64,000 nt of DNA from an uncultured Oscillospiraceae bacterium. GTDB lineage: Bacteria; Bacillota; Clostridia; Oscillospirales; Oscillospiraceae. This document shows positions 50,261-61,100 of the stretch, piece after piece (position 1 is the stretch's first letter; each line of letters opens with the position of its first letter). The stretch spans positions 70,367 through 134,366 of the forward strand of contig CANPWZ010000001.1 of the NCBI GenBank assembly GCA_947585425.1, in the 5' to 3' direction. The position numbers and the translations under genes are program-made. The notes below the pieces were generated by a model that was given only the letters and a program-made list of their open reading frames with translations, had not been told where the DNA came from and did no database searches.

Positions 50261-51247
50261 ATGAGGATACTGTTTGCGGCCCTGACCGCGTTCATCATCT
50301 CGCTGGCCCTGGGACGGGTCCTGATCCCCGCCCTGCGGGCCCTCCACGCGGGCCAGTCCATCAAGGAGATCGGCCCCAACTGGCACAAGGCCAAGGAGGG
50401 TACCCCCACCATGGGCGGGCTGATGTTCATCACGGCGGCGGCGGGGGCTGTCGTCGCCTTCGGCTGGCGGGACTTTGCCGCCGGCGACTGGACCGCCCTG
50501 ATGGTGCTGGGCTTTGCCCTGATTTTCGCCTGCATCGGCTTTGCCGACGACTACGCCAAGGTGAAGGGCCACCACAACGACGGCATCTCCGCCGGGCTGC
50601 GCCTGCTGCTGGAGCTGGCCGCCGCCATCGCGTTCCTGGCCCTGCTGCGGCTGGCGGGCGGGCTGTCCCCCAACCTGTACGTCCCCTTCGTGAACCTGTA
50701 TCTGCCCCTGCCCTGGCCGGTGTACCTGGCCTTCGCCGCCTTTGTGATCGTGGGGTGCGTCAACGCGGTGAACATCACCGACGGGCTGGACGGTCTGGCG
50801 GGCTCGGTGACCCTGGCGGTGATGGTGTTCTTCACCGTGCTGTCCCTGTGGTGGGACAAGGGTCCCGCGGGCATCTTCGCCGGGGCGCTGGCGGGGGGCA
50901 TTCTGGGCTTCCTGGTCTATAATTTCCACCCGGCCAAGGTGTTCATGGGGGACACCGGCTCCCTGTTCCTGGGGGGCGCGGTGTGCGGGCTGGCCTTTGC
51001 CCTGGACGCGCCTCTGGTGCTGGTCCCGGTGGGCATCGTCTACATCGCCGAGACCCTCAGCGACATCATCCAGGTAGTGTACTTCAAGGCCACCCACGGC
51101 AAGCGGATCTTCCGCATGGCCCCCCTCCACCACCATCTGGAGCTGGGCGGCTGGAGCGAGGTGCGCATCGTGCTCACCTTCACCGGCATCACGGTGGCTT
51201 TCTGCCTGCTGGCCTTTGTAGGCGTGATGTATCGGTATTCTATTTGA
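50261..51247 (+). CDS. mraY: Phospho-N-acetylmuramoyl-pentapeptide transferase
   Basis: GTPTMGG, NAVNITDGLDGLA, FMGDTGSLFLGG and APLHHH motifs. Confidence 0.96.
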   Translation: MRILFAALTAFIISLALGRVLIPALRALHAGQSIKEIGPNWHKAKEGTPTMGGLMFITAAAGAVVAFGWRDFAAGDWTALMVLGFALIFACIGFADDYAKVKGHHNDGISAGLRLLLELAAAIAFLALLRLAGGLSPNLYVPFVNLYLPLPWPVYLAFAAFVIVGCVNAVNITDGLDGLAGSVTLAVMVFFTVLSLWWDKGPAGIFAGALAGGILGFLVYNFHPAKVFMGDTGSLFLGGAVCGLAFALDAPLVLVPVGIVYIAETLSDIIQVVYFKATHGKRIFRMAPLHHHLELGGWSEVRIVLTFTGITVAFCLLAFVGVMYRYSI

Positions 51248-51285
51248 CCTGAATTCGAGAGTTCAAAAGGGAGGAGGGAACAGCC

Positions 51286-52518
51286 ATGGCCTTTCGCGGA
51301 CGTGCCCGCCGGGATCTGACCACGGAACAGCAGCTGGCAAGGGGACCCATGGATCTGCCTTTCCTGGCGCTGGTGCTGATGCTGACGGCGGTGGGCCTCA
51401 TCGTACTGCTGTCCGCCTCCTTCGCCATCGCCATGTACAACTCCTACCCCGGCGTGGACACCGGCGGCGACCCCTACTACTACTTCATCCGCCAGCTCCG
51501 TTTCGCCGTGGTGGGGATCGTGCTCATGTACGTGATCACAAAAATCGACTACCAGCGGCTCCGGCTGCTGTCCGTGCCCGCCATCATCGGCGCCGTCATC
51601 CTGCTGCTGCTGATCTTCACCCCTTTGGGGCGGTCCAGCAACGGCGCCCGGCGCTGGCTGTGGCTGGGGGTCCGATTCCAGCCCTCGGAGATCGCCAAGG
51701 TGGCGGTGATCATGTTCTTCGCCACCCGGCTGTCCAAGCGGAACGACGAGCTGCGGGCCCCCCCGAAAAGGTGGAGCAAACGCACCATCACCGGCCGGAT
51801 CGGCGCTTTTCTGGACAGGATCGGTTTTCTGGAGCTGGTGCCCTACGGGGCCATCGTCCTGGTCATCCTGTTCCTGCTGTATAAAGAGCCCCATATGTCG
51901 GGCATGATCCTGGTGCTGGTGGGGGCGGCGTCGGTGCTGTTCGCCTCCGGCATCCGGCTGTACTGGTTCGTGGGCGCGGGGGCCCTGGTGGGCGGCGCGC
52001 TGTGGTTCATCATCACCCAGACCGGGTACATGACCGCCCGCATCAACGCGTGGCTGAACCCCATGAGCGACCTGAAGGGGGACGGCTTCCAGCTCTGGCA
52101 GTCCCAGATCGCCATCGGCTCCGGCGGCCTGCTGGGCAAGGGGCTGGGCAACAGCATCCAAAAGTACCGCTTCCTGCCGGAGATGCAGAACGACTTTGTC
52201 TTTGCCATCGCCTGTGAGGAGCTGGGCCTCATCGGGGCCTGTATCATCATCGCCCTGTTCATGCTGCTCATCATCCGGGGATACTGGCTGGCCATCCACG
52301 CCAGGGACCGATTTGGCACCCTGCTGATCGTGGGCATCAACACTCTGCTGGCGGCCCAGACCTTCCTGAACATCGGCGTGGTCACCGGCGCCATCCCCAC
52401 CACCGGCATCTCGCTGCCCTTCTTCAGCTATGGGGGCACGGCGCTGGTGATCCAGCTGGCGGAGATGGGCATTGTGCTGAGCGTGTCGCGGCAGATCGCC
52501 GCGCCCAAAGTTGAGTAA
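51286..52518 (+). CDS. ftsW: SEDS protein FtsW / SpoVE
   Basis: RWLWLGVRFQPSEIAKV, LPEMQNDFVFAI and LPFFSYGGTAL motifs. Confidence 0.93.
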   Translation: MAFRGRARRDLTTEQQLARGPMDLPFLALVLMLTAVGLIVLLSASFAIAMYNSYPGVDTGGDPYYYFIRQLRFAVVGIVLMYVITKIDYQRLRLLSVPAIIGAVILLLLIFTPLGRSSNGARRWLWLGVRFQPSEIAKVAVIMFFATRLSKRNDELRAPPKRWSKRTITGRIGAFLDRIGFLELVPYGAIVLVILFLLYKEPHMSGMILVLVGAASVLFASGIRLYWFVGAGALVGGALWFIITQTGYMTARINAWLNPMSDLKGDGFQLWQSQIAIGSGGLLGKGLGNSIQKYRFLPEMQNDFVFAIACEELGLIGACIIIALFMLLIIRGYWLAIHARDRFGTLLIVGINTLLAAQTFLNIGVVTGAIPTTGISLPFFSYGGTALVIQLAEMGIVLSVSRQIAAPKVE

Positions 52519-52534
52519 AGGGCGGTGAAAGCCT

Positions 52535-53650
52535 GTGAGGATCATATTCACCTGCGGCGGCTCGGCGGGCCATATCAATCCGGCGCTGTCCGTGGCAAAG
52601 CAGTTTGAGCGCCATCACCCCGGCTGCGAGATCCTGTTCGTGGGCGCGGAGGGCGGGATGGAGCGGCGCCTGGTGGAGCAGGCGGGCTATCCCATAAAAA
52701 CGGTGAAGGTGTCCACCTTCGAGCGGCAGATGAGCTGGAAGGTCATCAAGCACAACATCGCCAGCGCCTTCAAAGTGCCCATCGGCCAGCGCCAGGCCGC
52801 CGGGATCGTCAAAGAGTTCAAGCCCGACCTGGTGGTTGGCACCGGCGGTTATGCCTCCTTCCCCGCCGTGCGGGAGGCCGCCCGGCGGCACATCCCCACC
52901 GCCATCCATGAGTCCAACGCCTATCCCGGCCTCACCACCCGCACCCTGGCGGGCAAGGTGGATCTGGTGATGGTGGGCTTCCCCGAGGCCGCCGCCTATT
53001 ACGAGGGGCTGGCAAAGCGGGTAGCCGTCACCGGCACGCCGGTGCGGGAGGAGTTCTTCACCCTCACCAAAGAGCAGGCCCGGCTGGAGCTGGGTATGAC
53101 CGACAGCCAGCCCCTGGTGGTGTCCTTCTGGGGCTCCCTGGGGGCCCGGTATATGAACCGGCACACCGTGGACCTGGTGGAGCGATGGGCGGGCGAGGGC
53201 CGCAGGTTCCACTACATCCATTCCGCCGGCCGGGACTATGACGGGATGGCCGGGGAGCTGGCGAAGCGGGGCGTGGCCGTCACCGGCGGCGAGGTGCGCC
53301 CCTATATCGACGATATGCCCCGCGTGATGGTTGCCGCCGACCTGGTGCTGTGCCGGGCGGGGGCGTCCACCATCGGGGAGCTGACGGTGCTGGGCAAGCC
53401 GGCCATCCTGGTGCCCTCTCCGTTCGTGGCAGAAAACCACCAGTATAAAAACGCCAAGGTGCTGGCCGACCGTGGAGGCGTGGCCCTCATCGAGGAGGAG
53501 GGATGTACCGGCGCCAGGCTGTACGACGCCATTTCGGAGCTGCTGGCCGACGGCGCCCGCCGCGCCGCCATGGGGAAGGCCATGAAGGAGCTGGCCGCCC
53601 CCCACGCGGCGGAGGACATCTACCGGGAGCTGATGACCCTTCTGAAATGA
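52535..53650 (+). CDS. murG: UDP-GlcNAc:lipid I N-acetylglucosaminyltransferase MurG
   Basis: GTG start. Motifs CGGSAGHINPA, GTGGYASFP and CRAGASTIGELTVLGKPAILVPSP. Confidence 0.95.
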   Translation: MRIIFTCGGSAGHINPALSVAKQFERHHPGCEILFVGAEGGMERRLVEQAGYPIKTVKVSTFERQMSWKVIKHNIASAFKVPIGQRQAAGIVKEFKPDLVVGTGGYASFPAVREAARRHIPTAIHESNAYPGLTTRTLAGKVDLVMVGFPEAAAYYEGLAKRVAVTGTPVREEFFTLTKEQARLELGMTDSQPLVVSFWGSLGARYMNRHTVDLVERWAGEGRRFHYIHSAGRDYDGMAGELAKRGVAVTGGEVRPYIDDMPRVMVAADLVLCRAGASTIGELTVLGKPAILVPSPFVAENHQYKNAKVLADRGGVALIEEEGCTGARLYDAISELLADGARRAAMGKAMKELAAPHAAEDIYRELMTLLK

Positions 53651-53658
53651 CGGAGGAC

Positions 53659-53687
53659 TTGCAAAGTCCGTCAACATACTGTATAAT
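53659..53687 (+). promoter_or_regulatory. Promoter TTGCAA - 17 nt - TATAAT upstream of murA
   Basis: Hexamers and spacer counted directly from sequence. Confidence 0.6.
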
Positions 53688-53707
53688 ATCCTCCCAACGC
53701 GCTTCCG

Positions 53708-53735
53708 CATAGGATGGATGGAAATCCATCCTATG
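53708..53735 (+). promoter_or_regulatory. Perfect 12-bp hairpin CATAGGATGGAT-GGAA-ATCCATCCTATG in the murA 5' UTR, abutting the SD
   Basis: Read directly from sequence. The last base of the 3' arm is the first G of the SD GGGGAGG (53735-53741). Confidence 0.6.
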
Positions 53736-53748
53736 GGGAGGCTTTGCC

Positions 53749-55005
53749 ATGAGCGTCATATATATCCGGGGCGGCGCGCCCCTGGAGGGGGAGCTCACCG
53801 TCCACGGGGCCAAGAACAGCGTACTGCCCCTGCTGGCGGCCTGCCTGCTGGCGGGCGGCCCGGTGACCCTCCACAACTGTCCCCGCCTCACCGACGTGGA
53901 CGCCGCCCTGGCCATCCTGCGCCACCTGGGCTGTGAGACAAAGCGGGAGGGCCGTGACCTGACCGTGGATCCCACCGGGGCGGCGGGCAGCGCCGTGTCG
54001 GAGGAACAGATGCGCTCCATGCGCTCCTCCATCATTTTTTTGGGGCCGCTGCTGGCCCGGACGGGGGAGGCCCACCTGACCTATCCCGGCGGGTGCGAGC
54101 TGGGCCCCCGGCCCATCGATCTGCACCTGGCGGCCATTCGGGCCCTGGGGTGCGAGGTGACGGAGGACTGCGGCATCCACTGCCAGGGGAGGCCCCGGGG
54201 CGGCGAGGTGTACCTGTCCATCCCCAGCGTGGGGGCCACCGAGAACGCCATGCTGTGCGCCGTGGGCGGCGCGGGGGCCACCACCATCCACAACGCCGCC
54301 CGGGAGCCCGAGATCTATGATCTGCAATGCTTTTTGAACGCCCTGGGGGCCGACGTCCGGGGGGCGGGGGGCTCCTCCGTCACGGTCCGGGGAGGGCTGC
54401 CGCTTCACGGCGGGGAGTTCACCGTGATGGGGGACCGTATCGTGGCGGCCACCCTGCTGTCTGCTGCTGCCGCCGCCGGCGGCCGGGTGAGGCTCCGGGG
54501 GGTGGACTGGCGGCACCTGTCCACGGTGCTGTCGGTACTGTCCCAGGCGGGCTGTCATGTGATCAGCCGGACGGACTGCGTGGAGCTCCGCCGGGATGCG
54601 TCGAAGCCCCTCCGGGCGGTGCCCACGGTGCGCACCGCCCCCTATCCCGGTTTTCCCACCGACGCCCAGGCCCCCGTCATGGCGGCGCTGTGCGCGTCGG
54701 AGGGCTGCACCCTCTTTGTGGAGACCATGTTCGACAGCCGCTACCGCCACGTGGCGGAGCTTCAGCGGATGGGCGCGGACATCACCACCGAGGGCCGGGT
54801 GGCCCTGGTCCGGGGGGTGGAGCGGCTCCACGGCGCCAACGTGGAGGCCCCCGATCTTCGGGGCGGCGGGGCGCTGGCCGCCGCGGCCCTGGGAGCGGAG
54901 GGGGTCACCGCCCTGAGGGGGCTGAAACACATCGACCGGGGATATGAAGACCTGGAGGGTATGCTCGCCTCCCTGGGGGGCGGCGCCGTCCGCCGGGAGG
55001 AATAG
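53749..55005 (+). CDS. murA: UDP-N-acetylglucosamine 1-carboxyvinyltransferase
   Basis: [25 protein letters not shown] (catalytic Cys loop) and [13 protein letters not shown] motifs. Confidence 0.95.
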   Translation: MSVIYIRGGAPLEGELTVHGAKNSVLPLLAACLLAGGPVTLHNCPRLTDVDAALAILRHLGCETKREGRDLTVDPTGAAGSAVSEEQMRSMRSSIIFLGPLLARTGEAHLTYPGGCELGPRPIDLHLAAIRALGCEVTEDCGIHCQGRPRGGEVYLSIPSVGATENAMLCAVGGAGATTIHNAAREPEIYDLQCFLNALGADVRGAGGSSVTVRGGLPLHGGEFTVMGDRIVAATLLSAAAAAGGRVRLRGVDWRHLSTVLSVLSQAGCHVISRTDCVELRRDASKPLRAVPTVRTAPYPGFPTDAQAPVMAALCASEGCTLFVETMFDSRYRHVAELQRMGADITTEGRVALVRGVERLHGANVEAPDLRGGGALAAAALGAEGVTALRGLKHIDRGYEDLEGMLASLGGGAVRREE

Positions 55006-55044
55006 GCCCCGGCCAAGTACGACAGAGAGAGGAGGGAGGATGCC

Positions 55045-55812
55045 ATGGCAGCCCCGCGTCAGCGCAGGCACAAGCCCTATCGGAGCCGGCGGAGCCGTTT
55101 TGGGCCGCTGTCCAAGCTGCTGTCCGCGGCCGCGGTGATCGCGGCGGTGGCGGTGGCCTGCGTGGTATTCTTTCGGGTGAACCATATCGAGGTGGAGGGC
55201 AACCAGCGCTACTCCGCCCAGGAGATCATCGACGCCTCCGGCATCCAGATGGGCGACAATCTGGTGGCCCTGCCCAGGGGGCGCATCGCCAGCAATATCC
55301 TCTCCAAGCTGCCCTACGTGGAGGGCGTGGTGCCCCGGCGGGCGCTGCCGGACGGGGTGGTGCTGGTGGTCACCGAGCGGACGGCGGCGGCCAGCGTGGA
55401 CACCGGGGAGGGCCGCTGGCTCATCTCCGCCCAGGGCAGGCTGCTGGAGCCGGACCCCGGGGAGCCGGTGACCGCCATCACCGGGCTCACGGCCCTGGCC
55501 CCCATGCCGGGGACCTCCATCCAGGTGAGCGAGGAGGAGCAGGCCGCCCTCCGCTATGTGCTGGAGCTGATGGCCGCCGCCCAGGAGAGCGGGACCCTGA
55601 AGGACTACTCCTCCATCGACTGCACCCCCACCGCCTACATCGGGGCGGAGCGGGGCGTCTACCACGTCCGCTTTCCCAGGGGCGGCGATTATGGTTACTA
55701 TCTGCGCCTGCTGAACTCGGCCCTGTCCAGCGCCCAGCTGCCCCAGGATGTGCCGGGCACGCTGGATCTGACCATCGAGGAGGGCAGGGTGCATTTCATC
55801 CGGGACAAGTAG
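55045..55812 (+). CDS. ftsQ: Cell division protein FtsQ/DivIB (TM plus POTRA)
   Basis: Arg-rich N-terminus, a single TM, and POTRA-like [19 protein letters not shown]. Confidence 0.8.
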   Translation: MAAPRQRRHKPYRSRRSRFGPLSKLLSAAAVIAAVAVACVVFFRVNHIEVEGNQRYSAQEIIDASGIQMGDNLVALPRGRIASNILSKLPYVEGVVPRRALPDGVVLVVTERTAAASVDTGEGRWLISAQGRLLEPDPGEPVTAITGLTALAPMPGTSIQVSEEEQAALRYVLELMAAAQESGTLKDYSSIDCTPTAYIGAERGVYHVRFPRGGDYGYYLRLLNSALSSAQLPQDVPGTLDLTIEEGRVHFIRDK

Positions 55813-55813
55813 G

Positions 55814-55856
55814 TCTGCCGATACCCATAAGCGGGGATCGGCAGATTCTTTTTTTA
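55814..55856 (+). terminator. Intrinsic terminator TCTGCCGAT...ATCGGCAGA followed by TTCTTTTTTT
   Basis: 9-bp stem and a long U-tract directly after the ftsQ stop. Confidence 0.8.
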
Positions 55857-55880
55857 TTTGTAAAAAAACTGAAATATCTA

Positions 55881-55909
55881 TTGACCGCGGCTGGAAAAAA
55901 GGCTACAAT
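55881..55909 (+). promoter_or_regulatory. Promoter TTGACC - 17 nt - TACAAT upstream of ftsZ
   Basis: Hexamers and spacer counted directly from sequence. Confidence 0.6.
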
Positions 55910-55988
55910 GATACAAGATATAGCAGAGCATTGTCGGACAGACGACTATCGCTTGTTTTCACATACGATTTTACAGGAGGGTATGGGC

Positions 55989-57122
55989 ATGGCATTTATG
56001 ATGGACGCCAGCACGGAGCATGTGGACGTTTTAAAGGTCATCGGCGTGGGCGGCGGCGGCACCAACGTGGTCAACCGCATGGTCCGCTCCGGGATGAGCG
56101 GTGTGGAATTTATCGCGGTGAACACCGATAAACAGTGTCTCAACGCCTCTGAGGCCACCCAGAAGCTGGCCATCGGCGAGAAGCTCACCGGCGGCAAGGG
56201 CGCCGGGGCCAATCCCGAGGTGGGCCGGGAGTCCGCCAAGGAGAGCAAGGACCAGATCAGCGCCCTGCTGGACGGCACCGACATGGTGTTCGTCACCGCC
56301 GGCATGGGCGGCGGCACCGGCACCGGCGCGGCCCCCGTGGTGGCCGAGATCGCCAAGGAGCGGGGCATCCTCACCGTGGGCGTGGTCACCAAGCCCTTCA
56401 AGTTCGAGGGCCGCCGCCGTATGGAGCAGGCCATGAAGGGCATCGAGGAGCTCCGCCAGAAGGTGGACTCCCTGGTCATCATCCCCAACGACCGGCTCCA
56501 GTACGCCACCGACGAGAAGATCACCTTCGCCAACGCCTTCGCCATCGCGGACGACGTGCTGCGCCAGGCGGTGCAGTCCATCTCCGATCTGATCACCACC
56601 ACCGGGCTCATCAACCTGGACTTCGCCGACGTGACCGCCGTCATGAAGGACGCGGGCCTCGCCCACATGGGCGTGGGCCGGGCCGCCGGCAAGAACAAGG
56701 CCGAGGAGGCCACCCGCATCGCCATCAACAGCCCCCTGCTGGAGACCTCTATCCAGGGCGCCAAGGGCATCATCGTCAACATCACCGGCCCCATGGACAT
56801 GGGCCTGGACGAGGTGGAGCTGGCCGCAGACATGGTCAAGGAGGTGGCCGACCCCGACGCCCTGTTCATGATGGGCACCGCTTTCGACGAGACCATGGAG
56901 GACGAGCTGCGGGTCACCGTCATCGCCACCGGCTTCGGCGAGGTGGCCAACCCCGTGCCCGCTGGCAGGGAGGAGCCCGCCGCGGCCGCGTCCGCTCCCG
57001 CCCCCACCCCCGCGGACAGCGCGGTGAAGCCCCCCATGCCCGCCGCGTCGGAGCCCGCCTCCCCGGAGTCCCCGGAGGGCGACCCCTTCGATGACATCTT
57101 CCGCATTTTCAACAAGAAATAA
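55989..57122 (+). CDS. ftsZ: Cell division GTPase FtsZ
   Basis: [26 protein letters not shown] and NLDFADV motifs. ATG at 55989 sits 8 nt from GGAGG; the ATG at 55983 is also possible. Confidence 0.96.
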   Translation: MAFMMDASTEHVDVLKVIGVGGGGTNVVNRMVRSGMSGVEFIAVNTDKQCLNASEATQKLAIGEKLTGGKGAGANPEVGRESAKESKDQISALLDGTDMVFVTAGMGGGTGTGAAPVVAEIAKERGILTVGVVTKPFKFEGRRRMEQAMKGIEELRQKVDSLVIIPNDRLQYATDEKITFANAFAIADDVLRQAVQSISDLITTTGLINLDFADVTAVMKDAGLAHMGVGRAAGKNKAEEATRIAINSPLLETSIQGAKGIIVNITGPMDMGLDEVELAADMVKEVADPDALFMMGTAFDETMEDELRVTVIATGFGEVANPVPAGREEPAAAASAPAPTPADSAVKPPMPAASEPASPESPEGDPFDDIFRIFNKK

Positions 57123-57206
57123 TCGGTCATTTCGTACGTACAGAGACCCCCGGCTCGAACACAAGGCCGGGGGCCTTTCAATCACTGGAGGAAGGGGGAC
57201 AGGCCC

Positions 57207-58133
57207 ATGGAGGCGGTGGGCCGATTCGCGCCCAGCCCCAGCGGACGGATGCACCTGGGCAATCTGCTGTCCGCCCTGCTGGCCTGGCTGGACGCCCGGA
57301 GCGCCGGGGGCAGGCTCATCCTCCGCGTCGAGGATCTGGACCCGGACCGATGCGATTTGAAAAAGGCCGCCCAGCTGATCGACGACCTCCGCTGGCTGGG
57401 CCTGGACTGGGACGAGGGCGGCCTGGAGCCGGCGTACTGCCAGTCCCGTCGCTCCCGATACTACGAGGCCGCCTTTCAAAAGCTGAGGGAGATGGGGCTG
57501 GTCTACCCCTGCTACTGCACCAGGGCGGAGCGGCTGGCCGCCTCCGCCCCCCACAGCGGGGAGGGAGAGCCGGTCTACTCCGGGAAGTGCGCCCATCTCA
57601 CCGAAACAGAGCGGCTGGCCTGTGAGCGGGCGGGCCGCCGGCCCGCCTGGCGGGTGCGCGTGCCGGACGCAACTCTGTCCGTGGACGACGGACACTTTGG
57701 CCCCTATGCGCAAGATCTGCGCCGGGACTGCGGGGACTTCATCGTCCGGCGGTCCGACGGGGTGTGGGCCTATCAGCTGGCGGTGGTGGTGGACGACGCC
57801 CTCATGGGGGTGACCCGGGTGGTCCGGGGGAGGGATCTGCTGCCCTCCGCGCCCCGGCAGGCGTGGCTCTGCCGCACCCTGGGCTTTGAGCCGCCGGAAT
57901 ACTTCCATCTGCCGCTTTTGACGGATGAAGCGGGCCGCCGGCTTTCCAAGCGGGACAGGGATCTGGACATGGGGGCCCTCCGGGAGAGATACACGCCGGG
58001 GGAGCTCACCGGCCTGCTGGGGTGGTACGCCGGGCTGCTTTCGGAGCCGAAAAGTGTCGAACCAAAAGACCTCATCCCCGCCTTCGCATGGGCAAAAGTG
58101 CCGAAAAACGACATCCCTGTGGGTTGTCCTTGA
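57207..58133 (+). CDS. gluQ: Glutamyl-Q tRNA(Asp) synthetase (GluQRS, truncated GluRS paralogue)
   Basis: [15 protein letters not shown] (HIGH), RVEDLD and KLSKR-like (RLSKRD) motifs. About 308 aa with no anticodon-binding domain. Confidence 0.8.
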   Translation: MEAVGRFAPSPSGRMHLGNLLSALLAWLDARSAGGRLILRVEDLDPDRCDLKKAAQLIDDLRWLGLDWDEGGLEPAYCQSRRSRYYEAAFQKLREMGLVYPCYCTRAERLAASAPHSGEGEPVYSGKCAHLTETERLACERAGRRPAWRVRVPDATLSVDDGHFGPYAQDLRRDCGDFIVRRSDGVWAYQLAVVVDDALMGVTRVVRGRDLLPSAPRQAWLCRTLGFEPPEYFHLPLLTDEAGRRLSKRDRDLDMGALRERYTPGELTGLLGWYAGLLSEPKSVEPKDLIPAFAWAKVPKNDIPVGCP

Positions 58134-58155
58134 CAGCCGGACACTTATATCATAA

Positions 58156-59667
<1,512 letters not shown>

Positions 59668-59720
59668 TTTTTGCAGACAAAAACCGAAAAACTTTCACTC
59701 CGACAGAGGAGCGGCACGAA

Positions 59721-59759
59721 ACGGCCCCGGACTGGGATCACCAGCCCGGGGCCGTTTTT
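59721..59759 (+). terminator. Intrinsic terminator after guaB
   Basis: ACGGCCCCGG(A)CTGG-GATCA-CCAG(C)CCGGGGCCGT followed by TTTT. Confidence 0.85.
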
Positions 59760-59771
59760 ACAGATACTGGG

Positions 59772-59800
59772 TTGACAAGCTGATTTGCAGAGGGTATAAT
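59772..59800 (+). promoter_or_regulatory. Perfect consensus promoter TTGACA - 17 nt - TATAAT
   Basis: Read directly from sequence. 32 nt upstream of a 94-codon ORF with SD AAAGGAGGG. Confidence 0.7.
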
Positions 59801-59832
59801 ATACATATCTCACAAAAAAGGAGGGTTGAACT

Positions 59833-60117
59833 ATGAAGAAAGTTGTCAAAAAAGAGGAAATCAGCGCGCTGATGTGCATGAGCGCCTATGAGCGCGGCAG
59901 ATGCAGGATGGATTTCTACTCCCGGCAGGGGCAGGGGGGACAATGGCAGGACTGGAAATTCATGGGTCATTCCCTGCCTCCCGCTTCTGACTACGAGGTG
60001 GAAATGACCGACAAAGGCGTCTTTCTTGTGAGAGAAGCACAGAACGGCGAGGAGGGGGAGCGGATGGAACGCTACCGCCTGACTCTGCCCTGCAACGAGG
60101 TCCTGCATGTGATCTGA
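59833..60117 (+). CDS. Hypothetical small protein (94 aa), no recognisable domain
   Basis: Strong promoter, strong SD and a terminator-like hairpin at 60141-60172. Coding assignment rests on these signals only. Confidence 0.5.
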   Translation: MKKVVKKEEISALMCMSAYERGRCRMDFYSRQGQGGQWQDWKFMGHSLPPASDYEVEMTDKGVFLVREAQNGEEGERMERYRLTLPCNEVLHVI

Positions 60118-60194
60118 CGTTGCCCGCATACATATTCGGAGGCCGCCCGGTGCGAAGATGCGCCGGACGGCCATTTTGTATGCGCAGTGATCGG

Positions 60195-60734
60195 TCACAG
60201 CTCCAGCCGGACGGCCTCCTTCTCCGGGTGGGCGGGGTCCAGCAGCCAGATCTCCTTCTCCTTGCCCACGGCGTAGGTGAGGGTGTAGTGGGTGCCGCCG
60301 GTGGTGCCGTCGAATACGGCCAAAATGGCGGCGGAACGGTCCACCAGATAGCGATCCCTTCGGAGCATACAGAACTTGCCGTACTCCCGCTGGACCACCG
60401 TCTCCAGGTCGCAGGCGTCCAGGATGGCCCGCCAGCGGCGGCGGTCCTCCTCGGGCCAGCGGTCCGCCTGGGTGGGGCAGGGGACCGCACCCTCCACCGT
60501 CACGCCGGGATATTTGTCCCGCAGGGCAAGGGCGGCCTCGGCGAAGTACAGATCGCACCCCTGGGCCATGCCGGAGATGAAGTGCCGGTAGCCTTTCTCG
60601 TACAGCTTTTCCAGCTCCCGGGCGATGCTGGCCTTCAGCGCCGCGCACCGGGGGTCGCTCTCGTCAAAGCCCCAGGGGAGCTTGTCCGGGCGGTGGCCGG
60701 TGAAGCAGCAGCTGGTCTCCCGCCGGATGTCCAC
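60195..60734 (-). CDS. SLOG-fold DUF1273 (YpsA-like) protein
   Basis: CCFTGHRP, ISGMAQGCD and GGTHYT-type motifs. GTG start sits 8 nt from GGAGG. Confidence 0.75.
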   Translation of the reverse strand: MDIRRETSCCFTGHRPDKLPWGFDESDPRCAALKASIARELEKLYEKGYRHFISGMAQGCDLYFAEAALALRDKYPGVTVEGAVPCPTQADRWPEEDRRRWRAILDACDLETVVQREYGKFCMLRRDRYLVDRSAAILAVFDGTTGGTHYTLTYAVGKEKEIWLLDPAHPEKEAVRLEL

Positions 60735-60860
60735 AGCCGTCGCCTCCTTTTCTCACCCGCATTTTACCTGACTTTCGCCCCTAAGTCAAGAGAGGGATGA
60801 AACATTTGTTTGAAAAACCGCCGCCGGGGGTCCCAAATATGACCCGGATGAAATTGGGGG

Positions 60861-60888
60861 TTGCATTTCCGCTTCAGCGTGCTATAAT
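60861..60888 (+). promoter_or_regulatory. Promoter TTGCAT - 16 nt - TATAAT with TGn extended -10
   Basis: Hexamers and spacer counted directly. Immediately upstream of the FMN riboswitch. Confidence 0.6.
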
Positions 60889-60894
60889 GTGGGC

Positions 60895-61030
60895 AAGACA
60901 ACTGGATAACTGTCTTCAGGGCGGGGTGAGATTCCCCACTGGCGGTACAGTCCGCGAACCATGTTGCACATGGCCGACCCGGTGAAACTCCGGGACCAAC
61001 GGTATAGTCCGGATGGAAGAAGATGTGTTG
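60895..61030 (+). ncRNA. FMN riboswitch (RFN element)
   Basis: Conserved cores CTTCAGGGCGGGGTGAGATTCCCCACTGGCGGTA...GTCCGCGA and CCGGTGAAACTCCGGGACCAACGGTATAGTCCGGATGGAAGAAG. Followed by ribU. Confidence 0.92.
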
Positions 61031-61100
61031 CGCAGCTCCTTTTGATCGACACCTGAGAAGGCAATTTTTCAGGCGTCTGCATCGGAAAGGAGTGTTTTTT

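Noticed and set aside
53690-53695. CCTCCC upstream of the murA hairpin as an anti-SD element.
   Set aside because: With the -10 at 53682-53687 the TSS should fall at about 53693-53695, so the hexamer is probably not transcribed.
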